Translations under genes and position numbers: made by a program
The notes under the pieces: model-generated
Database searches by the model: none
Told to the model about the DNA's origin: nothing
What the model saw: only the letters and a program-made list of their open reading frames with translations
In this document: positions 26,514 to 40,737 of the stretch, piece by piece
How the letters are laid out: every line of letters starts with the position of its first letter
How positions within the stretch are numbered: the stretch's first letter is position 1
DNA from: Diploschistes diacapsis
Lineage: Eukaryota
NCBI GenBank assembly: GCA_023645945.1
Contig: JALAIB010000001.1
Location: 1 to 64,000, forward strand
Direction: 5' to 3'
Length of the DNA stretch: 64,000 nucleotides

Positions 26514-28784
26514 TTACTTCCCAGGGGCATCCTGTCCCTCTTTCTCTACTTTCTCCGACTCGGCAACCGCTTCGACACGAGGATCGTCAGCTTCTTGTAC
26601 CTCTTGCTCTTCCTCGGTCGGAACCTTTTCTGGATCAGGTATTTCTTTGATTGGATGCAATAACATCGGAGGCAAGCAATACGTGCCGTGGTCCTTTTCC
26701 CACTTGGTACAATCAGCAATGTCCTCAGATGCAAGACAACCCACTCACCAGCGCACCTCCAATTCCGTCCACTTCGTGACCCAAGTACCTTCTGTAAAGT
26801 TTAGTCGCAAATTGCGCGCGGTAGTACCATGTCGATGCGTCAAAGTTGTGCTCTCTCTGCAACCCAAACACGCTTTCCCAGCCTCCGCTCCCCTCACCAC
26901 GTGAGTCCATTCCGGAGAACTCATTGATAACCCTCTCAGTATCTCCGTTGTTGAAGATGAAGTTGACAGCATCCGGGGGCCAGTCTCTCTCCATAAAGAC
27001 CGATTGTGGAGCATAGACGGCTTTGAAGCCATGATGTAAAGCAATACTTTGCGGCCAGGTCTCGGAGCTCATGTGGTGCCCCGGCGTTCGACTATTTTCA
27101 TAGTGCATCATGCTGAGCAGCCGATGTGATAGACGGTAAAAGGTAATGATGGTTGTACGTCTTGGCGGTCCCGCTGGGCTGAGGAACAGCGGATAGTTCC
27201 AGTGAACATTGTTCCAGACGTAATGAGTAGGATCAGGATTGAACATTGGCAGCATTGTTATCAAGTCTGCATCTTCACCCACGCCCCAATCAAAGTTATC
27301 ATTCTCTGGGCGATTAGCAGCCGCCGGAGGACTGATGTCGAAAGGCAAAGGTTTTTGATTGGAGGGGGGATAAGGGCCCCAGATTGTGGTATCGTCTTTT
27401 TTCCATGATCTATCGGATTGATACCGCGCTTGGATAGCGTGCGTGAAATTCTCATAGTCGCCATAATAGCTTGGAATGTAGAATCGCAAATTACGTTCCC
27501 ACAGTCCCTTGCGAGGCTGTTTGCGGGACCAGGTGTCAAGGGCTTGCAGTAGTTCGTAATGATGACCTGTGTACCTAACATCCATCTCCCAGTTCCAGTA
27601 ATGGTCGAAATGTGGATACTTTTGAGCAAACCATTGCACTGGAAGCCATTGGCTAAAGTGGACGTTCAAGGACGATTCAGGCACGAGGGGATAGAGCTTG
27701 GGCCAGAGAGCCTCGTTCCACAATATTGTGATATTCCAAAACTCTTTTGGCACCCTTTGCTGCTTGACATTTTCGTATACCTCATTGTTATCGAATATCG
27801 GAAGACTGTTGTCTTTGATCTGCACTAATAGGAAAGCCTCGTATTCGCCCCCAGATGCGAGAGCCAATTCAGAAATGACCGAACGCATCGTTCTAAATAA
27901 GTCTGGATTATACTTCAGGCCATCGTAGGAACGAAAGAGAATGGCGGATCTTTTCGTCTTTGTGCGGGTTTGATTCACAGTAGTGGTAGCTGTGATATTG
28001 TTATAAGAACTTTCGCCCGGCCGCGGGCGAGGCCTCGTATCAAAGCGATCTCGATTCTCGTCAACACACTGCCTTTGGAGCCTTCCCCAGTCGATATCGT
28101 CCCATTTGACAGAAGGTGGTGGGCTCTGTCCAGCAGCAGTCCCAGAGGGATCGGCTCCCAGGCCATAAGGATCAAATCGACCGTGGCGCTCGAAGCAGCT
28201 ATTTTGGTCTATCCCTACAGTGGTCGCAGAGCCTAGTGAAGCTTGCGGGAAACCTTTCGGCCACCCGGAAAAAGCGGTTACAGCGTCATTGTAACTCTGG
28301 TTAAGGCGTCTGCCTCGAGGACCACGGCAGGGCACGTAGTTTCCGGCAAAGTTACTCTTGTAATCCAAGCTGTCATAATCGGGATACGGGTGATAAGTAA
28401 GTTTCACTCGACTACTGCCGGACGACTGGGAAGTCAGATTGTGGATACTGGACGCGTACCGTGATGCAGAACTGGACCGACCTCGTCAGCAACAACTCCA
28501 CGCCATCTTTATCGGCATGATTACCTCTCAAAAGAATCGTAAATCGGATCTAGGGGATCCCATTCTTCTGATGGCTGCCACGTAGCTTTTTTGGAGTGCT
28601 CTGACGATAGCTCTTCCGTATGCTCCTTCAGCACCAATGGATCTGGCGCGGTCCGGAACGCTGATTGCCGGAGAAGAAACAGACATGTGAAGAGCGAGAA
28701 TGCCACGAGGGATATCAAGGTTCGTCTTTTAATAGAAACGCGAGGTTGCGAAGTAGCAGAAGCCTCGCCGTCGAGAAGTCCCAT
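26514..28784 (-). CDS. DUF3405 type-II membrane protein
   Basis: N-terminal TM helix, YVPCRGPRG, RSVISELALASGGEY, YWNWEMDVRYTGH, RLSHRLL, terminal CLPPMLLHPIK. Confidence 0.85.
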
Positions 28785-29537
28785 TCTGTAGTTGATACTT
28801 CCAAAGTATTATGTGGTTACCTAGGCCATACCCTTCAACGGCCGCGAAGAGAAAATCCTGAGTTGAGATGGCATTGGAAATCGTAGCAGATTTCACTACA
28901 ATCTCTGATCCTGCGGAAACATGGCAGAGCTTCCGAAATGTTCGCGTACAGAGCTGCAAGCAAGCGCAGTCTTATCTCCCTTCGGTGTGCTGCAGCTGGT
29001 CTCTGCCACATCAGAATATTAGTTATTCACGCCATAGCCATGCAAGATAAGTGTTATGGCAACAAAGACCGGCTGTGGTATATTTAATTCGTCTCCAGGA
29101 AAGCTGGATATCAAAAAGTGGAAGCACAGTATAAGATACTACTAGTATCCCTATCTTAGTTTCAGGAGTAAGGTTACCTATGCCAACAGCTACGCTGGGC
29201 CAGTCCCAGATCAGGATACATTGTGTGACGGCACACATCGTGGAAAACCGAACTGTGAAGCTGCCAGTGGGCATCATGTTTAAATCATCATTAGGAGCTT
29301 GAATGCTAATATGCTAATTCATTGGTCCATGCGTAGTACCCCGGCGCTAAACTCTATCTAACCTAGTCCATTTTACAATTGGAGGCCTATAAAACTTAAA
29401 ACTCCAAGTTTCAGTTTTTACTTTTTACTGCCTGATCTGTCTACTACCAACCACCACGTTCTCATCTACATCTATTGTCCCATAACTCCGTCGCCAAACC
29501 TCTAATACTCCTTCTTCTGTGAAGGCTGTTCCTGAAG

Positions 29538-31648
29538 ATGGCTTGGCGTAATCAAGGTATCACGGGCTCTAACAATATCCCTTTGGGGAATCGGCGTAGA
29601 TTTGGAGGCGACTCGACTGATACCGATGGTCAATACGCTCCTTCTGAACCTCAGAAGAGAGGCCGCAGTCCAGAGAGAGGTATGTTTTCGAGCTCCATAT
29701 AAAGTCTAATGAGCGTTTTGACTAACTTGCAATAGCTGACCCTTCAGGACCTGGCGAACGACGCCGCAAGAAGAGGAACCGATGGGGAGACGCATCCGAG
29801 AACAAAGCCGGGAACTTGATGAGCTTGCCCACAATGATCAAGGCCAATATGACTAGTGAGCAACTAGAAGCATATACCTTGCATCTGCGCATTCAAGAGA
29901 TCAGTGAAAAGCTTAGGATCAACGATGTTGTTCCTGCAGAAGGCGATAGGTATGGCCCCCCCTCTCTCTGTCAACTTATATAATACTCAAGTTCCTAGAT
30001 CTCCATCGCCGCCTCCACAGTACGACAACTTTGGTCGTCGTGTTAATACTCGCGAGTATCGCTACCGCAAACGTCTGGAGGATGAACGCCACAAACAGAT
30101 CGAGAAGGCGATGCAAATCATCCCAAACTATCATCCTCCTGCCGACTACAGGCGTCCGACGAAGACGCAGGAAAAAGTTTACGTGCCCGTTAACGACTAC
30201 CCAGAGATTAACTTCAGTATGATAACTAACCTCCTAACCTCTTTTCTTTCTGCTCACAAATCTATTTTTCCTCTTTGTTTTGGTGATGCGTGCGGCATCC
30301 CTCGGAGGATGCAGCATGTCTTGATCATTGACCCATACTAATGTAATCTGCACTAATCCTGCTTCATGCGTTTCTAAATTGAACAGCAAAGACTAACACA
30401 TAGCTTCCTTCCTTTCCCAAAGTTGGTCTACTCATCGGTCCTCGTGGCAACACGCTGAAGAAGATGGAAAGTGAATCAGGTGCCAAAATCGCCATTCGCG
30501 GCAAAGGCTCTGTAAAGGAAGGCAAAGGCAGATCTGATGCCGCTCACACTAGCAATCAAGAGGAAGACCTCCACTGCCTGATCATGGCAGATACCGAGGA
30601 CAAGGTTAACAAGGCAAAAAAGTTGATTCACAACGTCATCGAAACGGTAAACCCACCTCTCTTCCACCACATTGCATCAGTACTGGCTGATAACATTAAA
30701 CAGGCTGCTTCCATCCCTGAAGGCGAGAATGAGCTAAAGCGTAATCAACTACGTGAACTAGCGGCACTTAACGGTACTCTCCGTGACGATGAGAACCAAG
30801 CTTGTCAGAACTGCGGTCAGATCGGGCACCGTAAATATGATTGTCCAGAGCAACGAAACTTCACCGCGAACATCATCTGCAGAGTCTGTGGGAACTCAGG
30901 ACATATGGCCAGAGATTGCCCTGACAGAGCTCGTGGAGCAAACTGGCGCAATGATGGACCCAACGGCAATCTCCCAGGCCAGGGCTCAGCAGGGCGTATT
31001 GGCGGTGGCGACGCTGTCGACCGGGAATACGAGGTATGTACTGCCAACTCCCTATTATGAAAAAATAACGCTTACACCAAGCAGTCGCTCATGCAGGAAT
31101 TATCCGGTGGTGGACCTGCTCCCAACGGAGCGCCTCAGCGCATCGAGGCCGGTGCTGGCGGTTATGATAACGATGGTGGCTATGGCGACCGCAATGCGAA
31201 ACCTTGGGAACGAGGACCTACCGGTGGACCTGCTCCGTGGCAGCGCAGTGGAGAGGAACGTGGACGCCGCGACGAATACAGCAGCGGAGGCGCTGCACCT
31301 TGGGAGAGCTTTGGTGGCTACGGTGCTCCACCGGGTGCTCCAGGAAGTATGGCCCCCTGGCAGCAGCAGCAGCAGCAGCAGGCACCTCCTGGCGGATATA
31401 CTTACAGTGGCTATTCTGGTGGCTACGCCGACCCGAGCGGGTATCCCCAGTCTGGCATGGGCCCTCCTCCTGGTCTTAGTGCTCCACCAGGCCTAGGTGG
31501 AATGTACCAGCAGCAGTACGGTGCTAACGGATCAATCGAGACGCCTCCTCCCCCGCCATCTGGGAATGCTCCGCCACCTCCGCCTGGAGATGCTCCTCCT
31601 CCACCTCCTCCCAGTGATCAGCCTCCTCCCCCGCCACATGGCGCATGA
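29538..31648 (+). CDS. MSL5: Branchpoint-bridging protein (SF1/BBP)
   Basis: [33 protein letters not shown] domain [16 protein letters not shown], two CCHC zinc knuckles, Pro-rich tail. Confidence 0.97.
31361..31381 (+). repeat. (CAG)7 microsatellite encoding poly-Gln in MSL5
   Basis: Seven consecutive CAG units. Confidence 0.9.
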
Positions 31649-33091
31649 AAAGTACCTCGGCTAAATATGGGTTTTCCAGGGTGCTGGCCGTTTGACACTA
31701 AACTTGACAGAGTTCTTGATTGAGTTTTGATGCGTGCTTACCGTGTATTTTAGTAACTAGTTATGCTTAATTTGAAAACTATTCGCGAACCTTCTGCATT
31801 CATTATCCAAGCGTTATTAGTAGCTACTCAATATGTTAAGACAGCGTGATGGTGAGACTTTCATGGAACATTGAGAACTGTTCCTGCCGTGGGACTGTGA
31901 CTCTTACAGTATATTCAGTGTCTCTACTGGCTTTTTCCTGGCCTTGCTCCAACGGAGCATAGTGTAGTGCAACAGTACATGGACTGGGGTTTCCGCTCAA
32001 CGCGACACAACACTGATGTGGCCTTCTTGTGTACTGGAGGGCAGTTTTCTGTATGGAAAGGTCTGGTCCTGAGCCTGAGGAAGCGGAGCTGGCGGCTCGT
32101 AATGAACATCAGCACAGATAGAAGGATACAATATCTGTCGCAAAATCTTACTCTCCCTTACAGGTGAATTTCTTTTGCTCAATCTGAGAAAATTTCCTTT
32201 TCCCATGCTAATACTTTGTCTAGGTCATCAAATATAGGATGCTAACAACCCAGTTTCAACACCTACCTATTTTTGTTTGAGAGTCCTGAACGAACAACAA
32301 CAATGCCATCGCATGTCTCAGAGACTCGATTAGTCTGTCTGGCTTTACTAATTTGACATGGTATCTCGACTTTGTCTCAGTACCCTCAGAGCCGTTGCTC
32401 TATCTACCATGTCCTTCTTTCAAGTCAAGGTATAGTACAAAGGTGGGTGAAAGGACTGTACCGTGCTGGTAGTCCCTCATTACCAATAACGTTATGGACG
32501 CCGCCTGCCTTCCCAAGTCCAATTGCTACCGTCCCCTAGACCACGTTGGCTGGGCCATACAGGGTCTTCATCATAATAACGAATCTAACATCCAATGAAT
32601 AATGGTACATCTGTCTATAGCTTCGACCATGAGGAGTGTTCCTCGATCTAGTTGCCACTAAGTTACTCCGCTCTCCCTTTTGCCGGTGATTCTTGTTAAG
32701 CCTTTTCCGTTTGCTCAACCTTATCATAAAAACATGCGGATAGGAACCAATCCTTGTCCAGTCCCTGGCAATAGAACAGTCATATATATTATCCTCACAA
32801 CGGAGAGAACATGCAGACATGTGGAGGAGGGTACAAAAGGAATTTCTTATTGTTCTGTTCTGAGAAAGGGAGTACTCCAGGTCCACGAATGAGTATGGGC
32901 GAATATCCCGAACACTCAATAGACACCTGTAAGCAAGATGAACAAGTGGGAAACAATTCACTATAAACGCTTCATTGACCTCCACTTGGATCTCTATCTG
33001 AACCCATACCTTGATTGCCTACTAAGTCTCGCCACTTCTTCTCACTTTGCGCAGGTTGCTTCATGTTCACCACCAGATCATCATACTCACG

Positions 33092-35481
33092 ATGGTCTCA
33101 TACCGTTCAGTGACGGTAACGCTGGTCTCGATACCGGAAGTGAAGGCTATTCCTGAGTACACACCACCGAATGACCCAACTGTGCCTTCCAGGTCAGAGT
33201 TGGCCGACCCCTTTGTTGACGACGATGTACCAGAAACTCCAGCAACAGCGCACTTTTCAAGTGCCTCGGCCGTCTTCGACAAATGCTCGTCAACTATTCC
33301 CGTCCTCGCTCTCTTGCCGCCGGTAGGGTCTGATCAGTTCTGGGTACACTACCAGGTAGCTCCTCCATACCCACCGAAAGCGCAGTACTTTTTCAAATTG
33401 TTTGTCAATGGACGCCCATTCATTAGCTGGGGTGTGGGACATAAAGAGGGCTTTAGAGGATCGATTTGGTTCGCCCCAGCTGAGGATGGTCAAGCCAACA
33501 CCTTCCACTTCGCAGAGGCCAAGTCTATTGGACAGACAAAGGAGGACTTGACGGAGAGCTCACCACAGTCACCGGGATCCACCTTCTCGCAGGCTACTAT
33601 TGTGCCTTCGGCTGCCATCACGGTGAAGGTCTTTCGAGCGCGAGGGCGTGAATCATGTTCATTACCAGACAGCGAGCATCTGCCACACCCACCTTTCGAG
33701 CCTGGTAGTTCGGTCTAGTAAGTCCACGTTCTCTCGAACAATGTATGATTACAGAACTTTCAGCTAATAGCTGGGTTAGTTTTGTGCCTTCCACCAGACT
33801 TCCTGGGAGACATCCTCACAGGTACTACAGGTATTCGCTCATAGATCCAGTCGATGCACCTTTTGCCACATTCCAATATTTCCTCAAAACGAAAGACGAT
33901 CTCACCAAATTAGGTATTGACTTGAGTGCCCCAACGAATGACAGAAGTCGTCCTTCAACACCATCTACGCTATCCCTAACATCTTTGTCCGCATCAGACT
34001 CCGACACCAGTGCCCACAGCGTCTATGATCAAAGCTCTGCTAGATCATCTTATGATGGCAGTGGGTTCGATGTTTCATTGATGCAAGAATATGGACAGTC
34101 TTCTGCCTTAGGAGAGGGTTTTTCGGCTACGCGAACGTGGCGTCCATTGAGCAGCATCAGTGAGGCGGAGGATGAGTCTCCAGATACAACCCCCAGACAG
34201 CGGCGCTTAGGGATGACCTACAAACCTTCTGTGAAGAATCTGAGATCAGCGGCCCAGCCCATCGTCGATGGCGAAGCAGAAGAGCCCTCGACTCCAGTCC
34301 AAGGTCCCGCTCCTTCCTGGCCTCTAGATAATTCCAGACGTTTGCCAGACCTGCCAGAGGATGAGGTCATTCCCCGTCCTCGTGGAGGTCAGGGATCATC
34401 CCATACTCTACTAGTCACCCGGTTTCCTAAATTCGCGTCATCGTCAACCATAACTTCTACATCATCGCTTCGCTCGATGGTCTCAGACACCCTAAGTGAT
34501 CCCTTTGTCATGCCTGACAGCCCTGTGGGTCGCGGCGATCCTTTGCCACTACTTCAGCTCACGGGGGGACTTCGATCCCATCCAACGAATCATCTACGTG
34601 AGCGAAGCTGGGACTCAAAATCTTCAAGCCTGATGATCCCCGGCACGACTATTCCGCAGTCACGGTCCCGCATAACCTACGCTAGTAGTAGCCTTGGCGG
34701 TGGTCTTCAGCGAAGCGACTCTGTAGTTTCCATCGGCCGTGCAGTATCTCGACCAGGTAACCAACGTCCGCCCACGCCAAACGCTGAAACGCTGGAGCAG
34801 ATTGCGGATGCAGAGAGCACCAGCGATACTGAATATGTTCCCAGGCTCGGCACGCCGCCTGTCTTCTTCTCCCAACAGGTCTGCGCCATGAAGCCAGCAT
34901 CAGAGAACCAAGACCAGACGGTCATTGGCTTCAACACTGCCGAAGCTGTACTTCCCAAGCGTCCCTCAAGCTCGCCGCCCGAGCACACAGGCCTGCCGCG
35001 TCTTTTCCCAGCCAGGAAGAGCAGCTTAACAGGCGTTAGGCCTACCATTAGTGGACTGAGAAAAGTCCTCAGCGGCTCATCTGCAGAATCATCTGCATCT
35101 GCTCCAGCAGACCTTGGATCAAAACCTCATGTACCTTCCAAGCTCATCCGCCAGCACACGCCCTCGCCCCTCTCCTTTGAAGACCCGAGGACGCCACCGA
35201 ATCGGATGCGCGCGAACCTTGCCAAGTTCTTTGGTGCAGAGGTCTATGCTGACTCGGAAGCTCTCGCTTCGACTGTCCGGACTGGAACACCAAAGAGCGA
35301 AAAGCTAAAGCGCAAAGGGAGCTTGTTTGCGATCGGCAAGGACGTGTGGGAGAGCGTTAAGAAGGCGAACGCGAAGAGCAAAGAGCAGCTGAGGGAGATG
35401 AGGGAGTTGGATAGGAAGGAGGAGATGATGCACCTCAATGGCGGTGCACTGATGTTTGCCAGAATGGGAGGGCGCATTTGA
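33092..35481 (+). CDS. Conserved fungal protein: beta-rich N-terminal domain (DUF7918-like) plus long Ser/Pro-rich disordered tail
   Basis: MVSYRSVTVTLVS, FWVHYQV..PP..YFFKLFVNGRPFISWG, RYSLIDPVDAPFATFQY. One intron near 33715-33778. Confidence 0.65.
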
Positions 35482-35771
35482 AGAGTACTTGGAGAGATTC
35501 AGGATGGTACAGTAGGAAGCACCAGCCCTACAGGTAATTGACTTGAGTCCTAGCGATCTTAACTGAAACCTTGTTCCCAGACTTGTTGAGGCCTTTTCAG
35601 CCGCACGGTTTCAAGCTTCGAAGTCCCCTTGGGAATCTACAAAGAGACCTTTCTACGAGAAGAAACGGGAACCTTATAGAACCCGTGGCAATCTGCTCAC
35701 ATGGTTGATCCTATGTAGAGTCATTCATAGATACGATGAAATATCACAACTGCAGATATCTTGTGCAGAGG

Positions 35772-38458
35772 TCACAGTTCGTACTTCTCGTCCTGTCGTG
35801 CAGGGGAAAATCCCTTTGCCACTGTTTCTTCCACCAACCGTAACCTCTGTGGACTACTTTCCTCTTCCAGAAACTGCAAGGCCTCCATTGCCCTTCCACC
35901 GCACGCCCTTTCGAGCGTCAGAAAGGCAAAATGCCCGCCAATGACGGGCCTGGCAAAGAAGTTCGGACCAGGAAAGCCTCCTCGGCCCTCGGTCTCGTAG
36001 AGATCGGTGAATGGGCGATCCGTGACAGTTTCGTTGACCCACTTGGCTACACTCTGCAGGATCTCGGCGCGGACGCTACGACTCGTGACTGCTGCAGCAA
36101 AGAACTCCCAGTCGGATTTGGTGTAGAGGTGGCGGTTGTCAAGAGGCAGACCGTACCTCTGGCGGACAGCATGATACCAATCACTTTGCATCTTGTAGAT
36201 GTGCCGGGGGACAAAACCAGAAGTTGAACCTTCTCCACCGATATCCAACGGAGTTTGTTTGCCCGGTAGTTGGTCTGGAGCCGTTGAGATGGATGCACCT
36301 TCGAGCTGGAAGCAGAGGAGCGAATCCGCATACAAGTTGTAGATGGTGGTCCATGAACCATGCCAATCGTAGGCAAGCTTCGCGTGGGTTCCATCCCTTG
36401 AGATTCCGTAGTCTTCCCACTTTAAGATGTACTCGCGCGCAATGTCGTCGTAGCGCTTTGCATCCTCTGTGGAGTTGATAGTTCTGGCAATACCGCTCAT
36501 TGCTTTGATGCCAATAATGCCCTTGAGCGCTAGATTCGTCTGAAGGGCTAGCCAACCGGCAAAGTCATCTGTGGATACTATTTCGGTTTAGCAGGAATCT
36601 ATGTATTCATGCTTGAAGCTCACGTTGATTTTCCGGCCGCAGGGAGTATTCAACAAGGTAGCCCGTCCATTGCTCCCATAGTGAATAACTTCTCTCAACC
36701 CACTTCTGCGCTTGCTTAAGGCCCTTCGTGGAACCGCCCCAGGAGTCATCAATGAAATTTATGCCGTCTACTGTGCCAAGGTTGGTCAAAGCGAAAGCAC
36801 TATTGTTCGAATTCGAGTCCCTTAATTGGGACTCAGGCGTTGTCCACACAGCCGTTGCGGAGCCGCTTTCGTAGATGAGACTGTTCACTAGCGCGAGTCC
36901 CATGATCAGTATATTTCCGCATTCTTCGACGGGCATATACTCGTCGTTGCCGTCCGGGTGGCCCGTAGCATTGGGGAAATGAGCGCCAAGATCGTGCATC
37001 GCATAAGTGTTCGGATACTGCCCGCTGAGCATGTGTTCGATTAGTGGTTCGAGAAGATATGCGAGCCACCTGGGATTAGTATAGAGGAAGAACGGGAAGG
37101 AAGGGAAAATGACATCGATGGTCTGGAAGTTCCCATTGGAAGAGATTTCCTTGAGAAAAAGTATTGGATTCTCTGGAGTGCCGGAGAAGCTCGTGGCGCC
37201 AAGTACCTGACGGGCGGAAAGCGCTACAATGTCTTCGTAGTCCTCAGCCCCAGAAGCATATGCGTCCTTTCCAAGGGTGCTAGAATAGTGCTCTGCTAGC
37301 CTGGCCGCGCTGGCAAAATCGAAATAGTGAAACTTAAGGAGATCCCATGTTGAAGCGAAATAGCCTTGCCACAATGGCTTCATGAATGTCAGTCCCCGTG
37401 CTGCGGCGTACTGAACTACTGGATCCTGGATATGTGCCATTGTGAAAGTGACGCTGTCGCTTCCTTTGTCTTCTAGCCGGAATGACTTTGAGAAGGCGAA
37501 GATAGGTTCCTCCTCCATAACACGTCGGAAGTTGTAGTCTACTTGGTTCTTCAAAGTCCCAGATTTCGCGAAGCGCCGGCGGACCGAATTGGATGTTCCA
37601 ACCTCATGGTCGACGTCCTAACACAGTCAGATTTGGGCCCAAGGACGGACTCGGATAGCTTACAGAGGGGGCAGTGAAGAAAAACGACCCCCATTCAGAT
37701 CTGTCATTGACCTCGGTGAAAAGCTGCTCGGTTTCCCGCTGTAAGGACAACGTCTTCAGTCCAGGCCCATGTTGGAAGTCTTCTTGGCGGAAGGCCCAAG
37801 TCATTTGACTGCCGCGGTCTCCACTTATCCATTGGCCGTTGACATCGACATAGACATTAATATTGGTATCACCATGTGCGTAAACTGTGAGATAAGAGGC
37901 TGGGATGGCTTGACGTAGCGTAGATGTAGGTGTGATGGGTGATAGGAACGACAGGACGATGTCAATGCCCCCGGAGCCATTGTTGGAGTTTGCGGCCGGG
38001 ATGAAGTAGGTCAAGTTGGTTGTGGAAGCATCGTATTTAGCACCGGAATAAACGGGGAAGGAGACATTGAAGCTGATTTTCGGTCAGTCACATCGAGGGG
38101 ATTGATGGATTGCGGGGTGGGGGCGTGCTCTTTTCCTGTTCCCAACGAGTCTTGCGGTCTACCCAGTAGAGGAAGTACAGTACTGTTACCAGGCACCGAC
38201 GCTAAGACAGAGAAGCCGAGCTGTAATCATAGTCAGTCCGATGGGGTTCCGCCACATATCCAAGTCTCCACGTGCCTCTTCTCCAGTCCAGAACATCGGC
38301 CATCGGCTCCAGGGCGGCTCTCTTGCGTTTTGCAGCCATGTACTCAGATATGGATTCCGAACGATCAGGGGTAAGATTGGAGGCGTAAGAGTCGAGCAAT
38401 GGGCGACAGAGCTAAGGGAGCAGGCCAAGACAGCAACGGTTGTCCAAGACAAGCGCAT
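35772..38458 (-). CDS. gtaA: Secreted glutaminase A (GtaA family), multi-exon
   Basis: Signal peptide, PPILPLIVRNPYLSTW, FLSPITP, KEISSNGNFQTIDVIFP, MHDLGAHFPNATGH, MPVEECGN, YTKSDWE, ARPVIGGHF. Confidence 0.92.
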
Positions 38459-39078
38459 GGCCGTGAGGCGCCGTAAGCGGGCGTAGAATAGCGAAAGATC
38501 GATACAGACAATAGAACTAGCCGTGAATAAAATACAACATAAGTTAGAAGAACGAAGCAAAGATGGGCTATGTACAAGAAGAGCTGCTTTGTAGGACTCT
38601 TGAGCGTAAAGGCATAAAATCGGATACTATTAAACATCGGGAAAGCCAGTTCAGGCCTAGACTCGGATAGGCAAAGGCCACAATGCATTTTCTAGGATCT
38701 CAAGTATCGATAGCAGTTGAAGTATGCCGCAAACCAAAGGCAAACTCAGCTCATGAATGCAAGGAGGCGAGGACGCTCAGATATCAGATCTCGAGATTTC
38801 CGTTAAAAATGGATAGGACTGGAACTGGTACTGCCTCGTGAGGTCCAGCAAACAAGTCATTTACCAAGGTGGATGCGACCAAAAACAGCTCCTGAAAATG
38901 CACGCGGCAAAAGGACTACTGAATAAGGCTTTAGTGAGTTATCCATAGTATACGTGTGTTGTACAATATCTTCTACAACAGAGCTTTTTGCCTCTTGTCA
39001 GTACCGAAACATGTAATGACCTGATCCCGAGGCTCAAAACGACGCCCCAAATCCGAGCATATCACAATCTTTTGTACC

Positions 39079-40737
39079 ATGCCTGATGATCCACAGAAGA
39101 GAGACAACAACCCAGCTCTCGAAAGACCAGTGCCAGATCCAGGCACCCGAGCACAGATTTCTCCAGTCCGCCTAGACGACATCTACCGCTATAGATATCA
39201 TCATGGGGCCAACCTGGGCGGCATCTTCGTTCTCGAGAAGTGGCTTTTCAGCCGAATGTTTGATGAATCTGCACGAGGAGGCAGCGAGCTTGATGCTGTA
39301 CAAGCGTTAGTGTTTTGTTAAAAAGAATAGGACAATCTGAAGTTTCCTAGCTCCCTAGCTAACCGCGGCCTCCCTGCTACGATTGAGAAGTGGGAGAAGC
39401 ACTGGGCTGGTGCACTTACCGACAAAGACGTATCATTCCTCACCTACGACGCTCGCTGCACCACGATCCGGCTTCCCATCGGATACTTTACCCTCGGCCC
39501 GCAGTATTGCGTCAACACCCCTTTCGATGGTGAACCCGCCCAAGTGTACCGTAACGCTTGGTCAAGCGTCCTCGAGACATGCGTGAAACTCGGTTCCGCT
39601 GGGATTGGGGTTTTGATTGACATGCACGCATTACCGGGAGGAGCAAACATGGATTCGCACAGTGGCACATCCAGTTCGATAGCAGGGTTATGGGGGAACG
39701 CCCATAACCTCAACCTGGCCAAACAATCTCTCTTATTTGTGGTTCACGAGATAGCAGCAGGTAAGATTGATAACTGTGTTGGCCTCGAGCTGTGTAATGA
39801 GGCCGCATGGGAGGCAAAGGGAATGTACGACTTCTACAACGACTTGGTAAGGGAGATAAGTGCTATTGACAGTTCGATACCGGTTTACATTAGCGATGCG
39901 TGGAAGCTGGACACCGCTGTGAAGTGGGCTGCCAAACAAAACTCTATCTCGACATCCAATAACCTGGTGGTTGTCGATACGCATAAGTACTACACGTTCG
40001 ATGAGAAGCATCGGTCCAAGAGTCCGCAAGAGATCATCCAGCTCCTGCCAGACGCACTGGGCGCCGCGATTTCTGCGAAGGGGAATGTCCATGCCCAAGG
40101 TGCAGCACCTGTATTTATCGGCGAATGGTCTTGCGTTCTCGATGGGCGCACTTGGAGCAGGGTTGCCGAAGGACAGAAGGATGCCCTTACCCAACAGTTC
40201 GGCCTTAATCAGTGTGAGCAATGGTACGCAAACTCTTGTGGCCATGCCTTCTGGACCTATAAAATGCAATGGATGCCCGGTGGCGGCTGGGGATTCAAGG
40301 CACAGACCCAGACAGGCAGCGTACGAGCCCCTGGTTATATGAGCATCCCATTTGGGAACGTGGAAAAGCATATCATGGATGTTAACTCTCAGTGTGATGG
40401 ACTGAAAGATCAAGCCGTCAAATCGCACTCCGGTTACTGGGACAAGAAATCACCCGGGAAACGCTTCGAGCACTGGCGACATGAAGCTGGATGGGAAGAC
40501 GGCTGGGCCGATGCAGTGTCGTTCTTTAATTTCAGAGCAGCAAATAGACTGGGGAAGGCAGGTACAGATCGCATAGGATGCCTTGACGGCTGGATCAGGA
40601 AACGTATGAGAGAGCTTGGCCAAACTGGTCCGTTGGGATGGGAGTATGAGCACGGCTTTAGGGATGGTGTATCGAAAGCGGAGACTTTGCTCCTAGACCC
40701 CTTGATCGAGAAAAGCATTAGTGTGAACGATTTCTAA
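39079..40737 (+). CDS. Glycoside hydrolase family 5 (exo-1,3-beta-glucanase-like), no signal peptide
   Basis: GANLGGIFVLEKW, IRLPIGYF, IDMHALPGGAN, LCNEA (acid/base), DTHKYY, IGEWS (nucleophile), FWTYK. Intron ~39306-39350. Confidence 0.9.

Noticed and set aside
30783..31496. 237-aa alternative-frame ORF in MSL5
   Set aside because: Arises from GC-rich low-complexity coding sequence and crosses an intron.
31840..32230. Possible ncRNA, snoRNA host or small gene downstream of MSL5 (intron-like GTGAAT...GCTAAT...TAG at ~32164-32223)
   Set aside because: No convincing C/D or H/ACA boxes and no coherent ORF. An Infernal/Rfam search and RNA-seq would be needed.
39733..40428. 231-aa antisense ORF within the GH5 gene
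   Set aside because: Fully overlaps a well-supported gene and has no motifs.
35772..40737. gtaA and GH5 as members of the PKS cluster
   Set aside because: Common unlinked genes separated from the cluster by the pseudogene belt, with no biosynthetic rationale.
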